From NCBI GenBank assembly GCA_041497895.1, contig JBGQHJ010000001.1:32001-96000 (forward strand): 64,000 nucleotides of DNA, in the 5' to 3' direction. The notes beneath the pieces were generated by a model. The model was not told the origin of the DNA, ran no database searches, and saw only the letters and a list, made by a program, of their open reading frames with translations. This stretch comes from Candidatus Methylomirabilia bacterium. GTDB taxonomy: Bacteria; Methylomirabilota; Methylomirabilia; Rokubacteriales; CSP1-6. Position 1 is the stretch's first letter. Each line of letters begins with the position of its first letter. The position numbers and the translations under genes were made by a program. Positions 11,464 through 19,993 of the stretch are shown piece after piece.

Positions 11464-11790
11464 ATGATATCGGCCCTGAGCGCCGCCGCGAGCGGCATGA
11501 ACGACGCGATGGTGCGCGTCGACGTCGCGGCGCACAACATTGCCAACGTCGACACCGCCGGATTCTCGCCGCTCGAGGTGAGCTCGGTCGAGATGCCGGA
11601 GGGCGGCGTCGCCCCGGTGGTGACGGCGGGCGTGCCCGGCCTCGGCGCGGCCCTGCCGCCGGGTGGGTCCGGCACCGATCTGGCGGCCGAGACGGTCAAC
11701 CTCATCCTGGCGCGGGTGGCCTTCGTGGTCAGCGCGCGGGCCTTCGCCACCGCTGCCCGGATGCAGCACACCCTCGCCCTCATCCGCTGA
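11464..11790 (+). CDS. Small flagellar basal-body rod-like protein (N- and C-terminal D0 helices only)
   Basis: AASGM...AHNIANVDTAGF and DLAAETVNLI motifs typical of rod/hook proteins; RBS GGAGGG. Confidence 0.7.
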   Translation: MISALSAAASGMNDAMVRVDVAAHNIANVDTAGFSPLEVSSVEMPEGGVAPVVTAGVPGLGAALPPGGSGTDLAAETVNLILARVAFVVSARAFATAARMQHTLALIR

Positions 11791-11876
11791 CCCCCGTCCC
11801 GCCGTCGCTTCCCCCCGGACCGGCGACCGCCGGCTCTACGAGGCTCCCGGGGCTCGCTCGCGGTAGACTATCCGCC

Positions 11877-12215
11877 ATGCTGCTGGACCCGGTGTTCTGG
11901 CTGTTCGTGCTCTCGGTGGGGCTATTGGTGGTCGGCGTGCTGGGTGTCGTCGTCGCCACCCGCCGGGCCCGGAAGAGCGAGCAGCTCGGTCTCCCCGGCG
12001 TGAGCCCGGACCTGGGCTCGGACTTCGCCCGGATCCACGAGCTGCAGACCCAGGTCAAGCGACTCGGCGACGAGTACGACCGGCTGCTCACGGAGCGCGA
12101 CGAGCTGGAGGCGGTGCTGACCCGCTTGGCGGGGCTCCTGGAGCAGGCGGACCGCGCCGCCGCGGGGCTCGCCGCCGCCGCACCGGACCACGCCGGCCAC
12201 CGCGTCACGCGCTGA
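11877..12215 (+). CDS. Hypothetical membrane-anchored coiled-coil protein
   Basis: N-terminal TM helix followed by heptad-like IHELQTQVKRLGDEYDRLLTERDELE; -10 TAGACT 7 nt before ATG. Confidence 0.65.
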   Translation: MLLDPVFWLFVLSVGLLVVGVLGVVVATRRARKSEQLGLPGVSPDLGSDFARIHELQTQVKRLGDEYDRLLTERDELEAVLTRLAGLLEQADRAAAGLAAAAPDHAGHRVTR

Positions 12216-12292
12216 TCGATCGCTTTCACAACCCGGCCCGACCGGGGTCTCAGGCGGCGTAGAGCGAGACCACCAACCCGGGAGGAGTCCTC

Positions 12293-12742
12293 ATGAGCGA
12301 GAAAGCGACGCTGCTGCGCGATGCCGACCTGGCCTTCACCGACCTGCACGGAGCGATCGAGGGCCTGACCGACGACGAGATGCGTCGCGTCTGGCTCGGG
12401 AGCTGGGGCGTGCGCGAGATCCTGATCCACATCTCGGGCTGGCACGACGAGATGATCCCGGCGCTCCAGCGCGTCGGGCAGGGCCAGGCCCCGTATCCGG
12501 CCGGGACCTACGACGACTTCAACGCGTGGAACGCGCGCTTCGTCGACCGCAAGGCGGGGGTCAAGCCCGCCGACGTGGTGGCGGAGCTCGCCGCGTCGCA
12601 TCGAGCCTTCATGGCCGCCGCGACGCAGCTCCCGGAGGCGCTCTTCGCGCCGGGCGGGGCGGCGCGCGATCCCTTCGATGGCGCGGGCGCGGGACACTAC
12701 CGCGAGCACGCCGAGCAGATCCGTCAATGGCGGGGGCGGTGA
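12293..12742 (+). CDS. DinB/ClbS/DfsB-like four-helix bundle protein
   Basis: WGVREILIHISGWH and HYREHAEQI His motifs; RBS GGAGG. Confidence 0.75.
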   Translation: MSEKATLLRDADLAFTDLHGAIEGLTDDEMRRVWLGSWGVREILIHISGWHDEMIPALQRVGQGQAPYPAGTYDDFNAWNARFVDRKAGVKPADVVAELAASHRAFMAAATQLPEALFAPGGAARDPFDGAGAGHYREHAEQIRQWRGR

Positions 12743-13266
12743 CCGGGATCGCGCTCTTCGAGACCGCGATCGGCTGGTGCGGGATCGCGTGGGGCCCGCG
12801 CGGGATCACCGGCGTGCAGCTCCCGGAGGGGAGCGCGCCGGCGACCCGGACCCGCCTGCTCCGGCGCTTCCCGGGCGCGCGGGAGGCGCCGCCACCGCCG
12901 GAGGCGCAGCGCGCGATCGACGGCATCGTGACGCTCCTGCGCGGCGAGCCGAGCGCGCTCGACGGCGTCGCGCTCGACATGGAGGGCGTGCCCGAGTTCA
13001 ACCGCCGCGTCTACGAGGTCGCGCGCACGATCCCGTGGGGCGTGACGCTCTCCTACGGCGAGATCGCGAAGCGGCTCGGCGATCCGGGTGCGGCCCGCGA
13101 CGTCGGCCAGGCGCTCGGCCGGAACCCGTTCGCGATCGTGGTGCCGTGCCACCGCGTGCTCGCGGCGGGCGGCAAGTGGGGCGGCTTCTCGGCGCGGGGA
13201 GGGGTGGCGACGAAGCGGCGCCTGCTCTCGATCGAGGCGGTGCAGCGCCCGTTGCTCGACGACTGA
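12739..13266 (+). CDS. ogt: Methylated-DNA--protein-cysteine methyltransferase
   Basis: IPWGVTLSYGEIA, AARDVGQALGRNP, VVPCHRV active site; GTGA overlap. Confidence 0.92.
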   Translation: MTGIALFETAIGWCGIAWGPRGITGVQLPEGSAPATRTRLLRRFPGAREAPPPPEAQRAIDGIVTLLRGEPSALDGVALDMEGVPEFNRRVYEVARTIPWGVTLSYGEIAKRLGDPGAARDVGQALGRNPFAIVVPCHRVLAAGGKWGGFSARGGVATKRRLLSIEAVQRPLLDD

Positions 13267-13275
13267 GGCGGGGCC

Positions 13276-14010
13276 TCAGGCCTCGCGCAGCAGGCGGCCG
13301 AATCCGGCGACGGCCGCGCGCACCCCGGCGAGCCGCAGGGCTCGCCAGAGACACGCCTGGTTGCTGCTGATCACCGGCTTGCCCAGGTCGCGCTCGAGCG
13401 TCTCGAGCACCGCGACCGTCGGCAGGCCGGTTCCGCTCAGCAGCACCGCCTGCGCGTCCGGCGCGTCGGCCTGCCGGGCGAGCTGATAGGCGCGCTCCTC
13501 GCTCTCCGCGTAGATGTCGACCACGTCGGCCAGCCGGTGATAGCCGACGATGCGGAAGCCCGACGCTTCCCAGTACGCGCGGCCCTGCCGGCTGATCGAC
13601 TCCGGGTAGGGAGTGCCGAGGGCGAGCCGGCTCACCCCGAGGTGCTGGAGCGCGTCGCGCACCGCGTGAGCCGCGAGGAGGGCGGGCGCGCCGCCGAGCT
13701 TCGCCAGCCGGTCGACCAGCGGCTGCTCCCGGCCCACGCCCAGGGCGTAGCTCGACGCGGTGTGCGCGAGCACGACCACCGCGGGCCGCACCTGACCGAG
13801 CGCCTGCGCCGGCCCGTCGAGTCCCTCGCGGTAGGCGCGGGTGCGCTCCTCCATGCCCGCCGCGCCGCCCGCGGGCCCGTCGGCGGGCGGGGCCTGCATG
13901 CGGGCGAAGTGCAGGCTGACGCCGTCCGGCGCCATGCGGTAGAGCTCCGGCTCGACGGTGGGATTGCCGGGTGGCACCAGGACCCCGATGCGCGCGCGCC
14001 AGCCGAACAT
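13276..14010 (-). CDS. Maleate isomerase / Asp-Glu racemase superfamily protein lacking the catalytic cysteines
   Basis: RIGVLVPPGNPTVEPE, GTPY, LGKPVISSNQA; Cys positions read LAHTAS and LSGTGL. Confidence 0.8.
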   Translation of the reverse strand: MFGWRARIGVLVPPGNPTVEPELYRMAPDGVSLHFARMQAPPADGPAGGAAGMEERTRAYREGLDGPAQALGQVRPAVVVLAHTASSYALGVGREQPLVDRLAKLGGAPALLAAHAVRDALQHLGVSRLALGTPYPESISRQGRAYWEASGFRIVGYHRLADVVDIYAESEERAYQLARQADAPDAQAVLLSGTGLPTVAVLETLERDLGKPVISSNQACLWRALRLAGVRAAVAGFGRLLREA

Positions 14011-15227
14011 CAGCCGCCGCCCTCGGGCGTGGGCGCCGGCGCGCCGGCGGGGCCGACCATGCGGACGAAGTTCGCCACCAGCGCCGGGCTGTGGAAGGAT
14101 CCCACGCGCTCGGTGAGCACCTTCACCGCGAACTCGCGGGAGCGCGCCTTCGCGTACGGCCGCGTCGTGCAGATGGCGTCGTAGACGTCGGAAATGGCGG
14201 TCATCTGGCTCGCCAGTGTCGGCCGGCGCCCGACCCGCGGCACCGGGTAGTTCGGCTGCCCGTCGAAGCGCATGTGGTGCTCGTAGGCCACCAGGATCGC
14301 GAGCGGATGGGTGCCCTCCACGCCGCAGAGGTGGGTGGCGCCCTCCTGGGCGTGGCTCATCATGACCCGCCACTCGTCGCCCTCGAGCTTGCCCGGCTTG
14401 TTCAGGACCTCGAGGGGGATCCGGAGCTTGCCGATGTCGTGCAGGAACGCGGCGAGCCCGATGGCGTGCAGGCGCGCGCCCTCGATGCCGAAGGAGCGGG
14501 CCTGGGCCAGGGTCAGGAGCGAGACGTTCACCGAGTGCACGAAGGTGTAGTCGTCGTGGGTCTTGAGCGGGGCCAGGGGCAGGATCTCGCGGGTGGCGCG
14601 CTGGAGCGCGTCCATGAGGCTCCACACCACCTGCTCGAGGCGGACGAGGCCGCCGCGGCGGTCGGCGCGGAACTCGGTGAAGGCGTCGCGCGCGCCGTCC
14701 ACGCTCTGCCCGGTCAGGGCCTCGATCACCGAGTCGTCGCCCCCGCCGCCTCCGCCGCCGCCCGGCCCCGCGCCCGCTCCCGCGCCGCCGCCCGGGCCGG
14801 GCCCCTCGAGCGCGGACGTCTGCAGCTCGACGCGGCCGACCACGATGTGCCGTGTCGACACCGGCGCGCCGCCCCGGGCCATCGGGGTGAGGAAGCGCAC
14901 GCATTCCTCCGCATCGAGCCCGCGGCCGATCGTGAGCCGCTCGACGCTGCGCCGGGTGAGGGCGCGGATGAACTGCTGGTGGTACAGGCTGCCGGTGCGC
15001 AGCGGCTGGTTCTCCACCACGAGGTCCTGGCCCACCACCAGGAAGGTCAGCGACTCCTTCTGGTACTCCTCGCACGCCGCCGCCACCGTCTCCAGGATGC
15101 GGTCGACGTGGCTCGTGAGGGCGGGATGCTCGGATCCGTAGAGCGCGCGCATGTTGATGCCGGCGACGAGGCTCACCACCAGCCGGTCGACCGCCGACAG
15201 CGCGCCCGGGAGCGCCGGCTCGGTCAT
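14010..15227 (-). CDS. HD-GYP domain protein (putative cyclic dinucleotide phosphodiesterase)
   Basis: YTFVHSVNV, FLHDIGKLRIP, LNKPGKL, EHHMRFDGQPNYP, DVYDAICTTRPY. Confidence 0.88.
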   Translation of the reverse strand: MTEPALPGALSAVDRLVVSLVAGINMRALYGSEHPALTSHVDRILETVAAACEEYQKESLTFLVVGQDLVVENQPLRTGSLYHQQFIRALTRRSVERLTIGRGLDAEECVRFLTPMARGGAPVSTRHIVVGRVELQTSALEGPGPGGGAGAGAGPGGGGGGGGDDSVIEALTGQSVDGARDAFTEFRADRRGGLVRLEQVVWSLMDALQRATREILPLAPLKTHDDYTFVHSVNVSLLTLAQARSFGIEGARLHAIGLAAFLHDIGKLRIPLEVLNKPGKLEGDEWRVMMSHAQEGATHLCGVEGTHPLAILVAYEHHMRFDGQPNYPVPRVGRRPTLASQMTAISDVYDAICTTRPYAKARSREFAVKVLTERVGSFHSPALVANFVRMVGPAGAPAPTPEGGG

Positions 15228-17617
15228 GACGACGCGCTCGCCCGGTTGAGGGCCCGGCAGATGTCGCGGATCAGGCTGTCGCGGGACCTCTCGCCCCGCG
15301 CCACGTAGGGGGCGCGCGCGGCCTGATCGTAGGAGCCGAGCAGACGGTAGGCGGCCCGCCGCTCCTCGAGGGCCACGACGGGGAACGGCCGCTCACGGAA
15401 GAAGCGATCGAGCCGCGGGAGCACCGCCGGGTCGGCGAGGTCGGCCAGCGCGCGCAGGGCCTTGAGCCGCAGCGACCGCCGGCGGCCGAGGAAGTCCCAG
15501 CGGAGCAGGATCTCGACGAGCAGGTCGGTGGCCTGGGTGATCCCGTGCTGGCCGGAGAGCAGCACCGCCGCCTCCGCGAGCCGCGGATCCGGATGGTGGA
15601 TGGTCCGCGCGAGGAGGTCCCGGGGCACCTTGGTGTCGAAGGCGAAGAGCGCGCGAATGGCCTCGAGCCGCACTCTCAGGTCCGGGTGATCCGCGCAGCG
15701 CAGGATCTCGCTCATCGCGGTCTTGTCGTGGACACGACGGAGCAGGAGCACCATATTCCGCACCACGTACCAGCGCGGGTCGGCGAGGAGGCGACGCGTC
15801 TCCGGCACGATGGCGGGGCCGAGCGAGGCCGCGAGCTCGATGAGACGGAGGCGCCGGGCCCGGTCCGGCTCGGCGGCCAGCGCCTCGAGCAGGCCGTGGG
15901 CCGCGGAGGCTCCGAGGGCCAGGACCAGGCTCTGCACCTGCACGAAGGGTGGGCCGCCCGGCTGCCGGCTCGCGGCCACCAGCGCGGCCAGGGTCCGGGC
16001 GTCGGCCAGGTGCTCCACGAACTCGTCGAGCGGCTGCCGGCGCTCGGCCTGGCTCGGGTCGGCGGCCAGCTCGCGGATGGCCCGGATCATGGCGATCGCC
16101 TGCGCGAAGCGGCTCGCCTGGAGCGCGCGCACGAAGATCTCGCGCAGGCGACCCAGCACGAGCGGCCGCACCACGTCCGGCGAGACCGCGGTCATGTCGA
16201 GCAGCGTCGTCACCACGCGGCGCTCGATCGCGTCGTCGCTCTCGGTGTCCGGGCCGAACGCGTCCGGGTCGGCGGCCAGCTCGACCGCGATGGCGGCCAG
16301 GTCCACGGTCGGCTTCTGGGCGAGGAGCGCCCGGTGATCCTCCGGGTTGTAGCGGTCCACGTCCTCCTCGCGGAAGAGGGCGGCCATCGCCGCGAAGTCG
16401 GCCGGCGGCTCGGGGAGACCCGGACCCGGCGGCAGGTCCTCGTGCGCCTCGGCCAGCGCCTGCGCCATGCGCAGCGCGTGGCCCGAGAGCTGGCCCTGCT
16501 CCTGCGCCAGGCGGCGGAGCCCGCGCAGCACGTCCGCGGGGGGCAGCGCCGCGGCGAGGCTCGCCAGGTGCGCGCTCGAGCCCTCGTCGGTCGCGAGGAC
16601 CCGGAGCGCGGCCGCCAGCACCGGCTCGCGCACCTCGGCCGGCAGGGCACGGATGAGCTGGACGATCTGCGGCGCCAGGGTCTCGCGCCCCGGGCTATCG
16701 GCGCTCGCGAGCCGGGCCGCGACCGCGGCGGCGAGGGTGTGCGCGGCCGCGATGCCGAGCCGGGCGCCGTGGCCGCGGCCACCGGTCTCGCCGCCCGACG
16801 GCTGCACCTGGCCCCAGCCGCCGCCGCGCCCGGTCCCGCCGCCGCCCGGCCCCGGCCGCGCGCCTCCGGGTCCGCCTCCCCCGGGTCCGCTCCCGCCGGG
16901 TCTTCCGCCGCCGGGTCCGCCGCCCGCCGCGCCGCCGCCGCCCGGCCCGCCACCGGGCCCACCGCCCGTGCCGGGGCCGCCCCCGCCGCCGGGTCCACCC
17001 GGCCCCGGGCCACCCGCGCCCGGCCCGCCACGGAAGAGCGAGGCGATGGTCTCGGCGGAGTACCGCTCGCGCGGTATCGGCATCCCGCCACCGCCGACGA
17101 CCGGCTGCCCGGCCAGCAGCGTCTGGATCAGCCCGTCCCAGAGGCCGCCCTCGTCGCCGGTGGTCTCCTCCAGGTCGCTGGTGGTGATCAGCGCGCTGTA
17201 GTCGATGGCGGAGACGTGGATGTGGGTGATGCCCGCCGCCTGCAGCTCCTCGACCGTGAGGGCGCGGTCCCGGGCGGGCCCGGTGTCGCCCAGGAGCACG
17301 AGGAAGGCTTCCAGTTCGCGCGGCTCCACGTCTTCCTCGAAGCGCAGGAGGCCGCCGTTGCGGCGGTAGAGCGCGCGCGCGAAGGCCCGCACGTGCGAGG
17401 CCTCGATCTTCTTCCCGCCGCTGACCAGCGCGTCCCGCGCGATCCCGAGGACGAGCGGGCTCGCGACGGCCAGGGAGGCCCGGAGCCGGGCGTGGGCGGC
17501 GGCCAGGGCCGAGGCGCGGGCGGGGTGGCCGGGGGGATAAGCGGCCAGGTTTCTCCATGCCGTCACAAGGGACGACATGAGCTCGAGCAGTGTGGGCGGA
17601 GAGGGGGATGTCTCCAC
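15224..17617 (-). CDS. HEAT-repeat protein with Gly/Pro-rich low-complexity insert
   Basis: LADPRWYVVRNMV, HPDLRVRLEAIRAL, HPDPRLAEAA HEAT-like repeats; GGPGGG run. Confidence 0.82.
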   Translation of the reverse strand: METSPSPPTLLELMSSLVTAWRNLAAYPPGHPARASALAAAHARLRASLAVASPLVLGIARDALVSGGKKIEASHVRAFARALYRRNGGLLRFEEDVEPRELEAFLVLLGDTGPARDRALTVEELQAAGITHIHVSAIDYSALITTSDLEETTGDEGGLWDGLIQTLLAGQPVVGGGGMPIPRERYSAETIASLFRGGPGAGGPGPGGPGGGGGPGTGGGPGGGPGGGGAAGGGPGGGRPGGSGPGGGGPGGARPGPGGGGTGRGGGWGQVQPSGGETGGRGHGARLGIAAAHTLAAAVAARLASADSPGRETLAPQIVQLIRALPAEVREPVLAAALRVLATDEGSSAHLASLAAALPPADVLRGLRRLAQEQGQLSGHALRMAQALAEAHEDLPPGPGLPEPPADFAAMAALFREEDVDRYNPEDHRALLAQKPTVDLAAIAVELAADPDAFGPDTESDDAIERRVVTTLLDMTAVSPDVVRPLVLGRLREIFVRALQASRFAQAIAMIRAIRELAADPSQAERRQPLDEFVEHLADARTLAALVAASRQPGGPPFVQVQSLVLALGASAAHGLLEALAAEPDRARRLRLIELAASLGPAIVPETRRLLADPRWYVVRNMVLLLRRVHDKTAMSEILRCADHPDLRVRLEAIRALFAFDTKVPRDLLARTIHHPDPRLAEAAVLLSGQHGITQATDLLVEILLRWDFLGRRRSLRLKALRALADLADPAVLPRLDRFFRERPFPVVALEERRAAYRLLGSYDQAARAPYVARGERSRDSLIRDICRALNRASASS

Positions 17618-17748
17618 GTTTGGCGTCTCGGCGACCGTATGCTCCGTCAGCAGTCTAGCCGACGGAGGCCGCTTTTCCCCGCAACTTGAGCGCCTGGGCC
17701 GGCTCGCTTATGCTCGCAGCATCCGATGGGGAAGGGAGAGCACCGGGC

Positions 17749-18987
17749 ATGAAAGTCAGCGCGTTCCACCTGATGCCGCATCGCGAGCTGCCCTCCGACT
17801 TCGAGCGCCGGTACCCGAGCGTCTGGGTGACCCCGCCCTGGGGCGAGCTGGCCGACGCCCGCCGGGTCGGGCAGTACTACAACTGGACGCTCGACGAGCT
17901 GCTGCACGCCGCGCGCGCCGGCTTCGACGGGGTCTGCACCAACGAGCATCACCAGAACGCCTACGGTTTCATGCCGAGTCCCAACCTGATGGGTAGCGTG
18001 CTGGCCAAGCAGACCAACGGCCTCGACGTGGCCATCGTCCAGATGGGCATGACGCTGCCGACCACCTCGCCGCCCATCCGGGTGGCCGAAGAGTACGGCA
18101 TGCTCGACTGCATCAGCGGGGGCCGGCTGGTGGCGGGGCTGCCGCTCGGCAGCCCGATGGACGTCAACCTCGCCTACGGCATCACGCCGATGGAGCACCG
18201 CGAGCGCTACCGCGAGGCCTTCGATCTCGTGCTGAAGGCGTGGCAGGCGAAGGAGATCTTCGCGTGGAACGGAAAGTACTTCCAGCTCGGCCAGGTCAAC
18301 CTCTGGCCGCGCCCCATCCAGGAGCCGCACCCGCCGGTCTGGGTGCCCGGCTCGGGCAGCATCAGCACCTTCGATTTCGCCACCGACCACAATGTCTGCT
18401 ACTGCTTCCTCTCCTACGCGGGGGCGCGCGCGGCCTCCACCATGATGGACGGCTACTGGGACGTGGTGGACAAGAAAGGGCTCGAGCGCAATCCGTACCG
18501 GGCGGGGTTCCTCCAGCTGGTCGCGGTGGCGGAGACCGACGCGCAGGCGGAGATCGACTACGCGAAGCACGTCGAGTACTTCTACCACAAGTGTTTGCAC
18601 GTGCCGCCGCAGTGGTTCGCCCCGCCGGGCAATCAGGACTACCGGAGCCTGCTCGCGGCCAACCGCAACCCGGTGCGGCGGGCGGAGGATCCCAAGACGC
18701 TCCGCTACAAGGACTTCGTGAACAAGGGCTACGTCCTGGCCGGGAGCCCGGCGACTGTGCGCGAGCGTCTCGTGGAAGAGGTCATCAAGCGCCTGCACGT
18801 CGGCAACCTGATGCTGCTGATCCAGATCGGCTCGATGCCTCACGAGCTCACGCTCAAGAACATCGACCTGCTCGCCCGCGAGGTCCTGCCCGGCCTGCGC
18901 GACATCTGGGACGACAAGGGCTGGGAGAACCACTGGTGGCCGAAGAGCCTGCGCGGCGCCCGCCAGACGGTCGGCGTGGCGCGATGA
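17749..18987 (+). CDS. LLM-class flavin-dependent oxidoreductase
   Basis: NEHHQNAYG, RVAEEYGMLDCISGGRL, WPRPIQEPHPPVW, GSPATVRE. Confidence 0.92.
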   Translation: MKVSAFHLMPHRELPSDFERRYPSVWVTPPWGELADARRVGQYYNWTLDELLHAARAGFDGVCTNEHHQNAYGFMPSPNLMGSVLAKQTNGLDVAIVQMGMTLPTTSPPIRVAEEYGMLDCISGGRLVAGLPLGSPMDVNLAYGITPMEHRERYREAFDLVLKAWQAKEIFAWNGKYFQLGQVNLWPRPIQEPHPPVWVPGSGSISTFDFATDHNVCYCFLSYAGARAASTMMDGYWDVVDKKGLERNPYRAGFLQLVAVAETDAQAEIDYAKHVEYFYHKCLHVPPQWFAPPGNQDYRSLLAANRNPVRRAEDPKTLRYKDFVNKGYVLAGSPATVRERLVEEVIKRLHVGNLMLLIQIGSMPHELTLKNIDLLAREVLPGLRDIWDDKGWENHWWPKSLRGARQTVGVAR

Positions 18988-19832
18988 CCGCCTCGAGCAC
19001 CCTCTCCCCTCTGGGGAGAGGGCAGGGTGAGGGGATGCAGGGTGAAGGGACTCGCACCGTCACCGTCTGGCAGGGGCGCGTGCCCATCCGCGTCCGCGTC
19101 AAGGGCGCGGGCCCGGCGGTGATGTTCCTCCACGGCCCCTGGGGCCTCACGTGGGGCCCGTTCCTCGACGCGCTCGCCCAGCAGTTCACGGTCTACGCAC
19201 CGGAGCATCCCGGCACCTCCCCGGGCGACCCGGAGGCGATCCAGCACGTCGACACGCTCTGGGATCTCGTCCTCTGCTACGACGAGCTGCTGGAGGCGCT
19301 GAAGCTCGGCGAGGTGATGCTGGCGGGGCATTCGTTCGGCGCGATGATGGCGTGCGAGGTGGCCGCGCTGCGTCCGGCGCGCGTCCGCCGCCTCGCCCTC
19401 CTCGATCCCATCGGGCTCTGGCGCGACGACGCGCCGGTGGTCAACTGGATGCTGCTGGGGCCGGCCGAGATGCCGGCTTACGTGTTCGACAAGCCCGACG
19501 GCGCCGCCGCCCGCGCGATGTTCGCGGTGCCCGACGACCCGGAGGAGGGCGCGCTCGCGCGCACCCGGCTGACCTGGGCGATGGGCGCCACCGGCAAGTT
19601 CATCTGGCCGATCCCCGACAAGGGACTCAGGAAGCGCATCCACCGCATCACCGCGCCCACGCTCCTGGTGTGGGGCGCGGCCGATCGTCTGGTACCGCGC
19701 GCCTACGCGCAGGAGTTCGCGGGGCGGCTCCCGGACTCGCGGCTCGAGGTGGTGGCCGGCGCCGGGCACGCGCCGCATCTCGAGCAGCCGGAGGCCACCG
19801 CGCGCGCGGTGCAAGCGTTCCTCAAGGCCTGA
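18984..19832 (+). CDS. Alpha/beta hydrolase (alternative start ATG 19035)
   Basis: FLHGPWG, GHSFG, PTLLVWG..D, AGHAPHLEQP; ATGA overlap with LLM gene. Confidence 0.88.
   Translation: MTASSTLSPLGRGQGEGMQGEGTRTVTVWQGRVPIRVRVKGAGPAVMFLHGPWGLTWGPFLDALAQQFTVYAPEHPGTSPGDPEAIQHVDTLWDLVLCYDELLEALKLGEVMLAGHSFGAMMACEVAALRPARVRRLALLDPIGLWRDDAPVVNWMLLGPAEMPAYVFDKPDGAAARAMFAVPDDPEEGALARTRLTWAMGATGKFIWPIPDKGLRKRIHRITAPTLLVWGAADRLVPRAYAQEFAGRLPDSRLEVVAGAGHAPHLEQPEATARAVQAFLKA
19000..19034. repeat. 35-bp palindromic REP-like element, copy 1
   Basis: CCCTCTCCCC-TCT-GGGGAGAGGG-CAGGGTGAGGGG; 34/35 identical to reverse complement of 32357-32391. Confidence 0.85.
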
Positions 19833-19993
19833 CGCATCCGCCGCCGGCTCGGGCCTCACCGGCGGCTTGCCTTCACGGGCGCGACTCGACTATCCTTGTC
19901 CACCCCGAGAGCCCGATCGGCCGTGACGCGCTGCGCGGCCGCTCCCCATATTTCAAGGTGCGCGCCACAACGGCAAGGAGGCCCGCCAACGCC

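Noticed and set aside
11464..11790. Flagellar operon
   Set aside because: Single small gene with no other flagellar genes in the window
16770..17030. Collagen-like domain or CRISPR-like repeat
   Set aside because: No sustained Gly-X-Y periodicity and no repeat-spacer structure; it is low-complexity coding sequence
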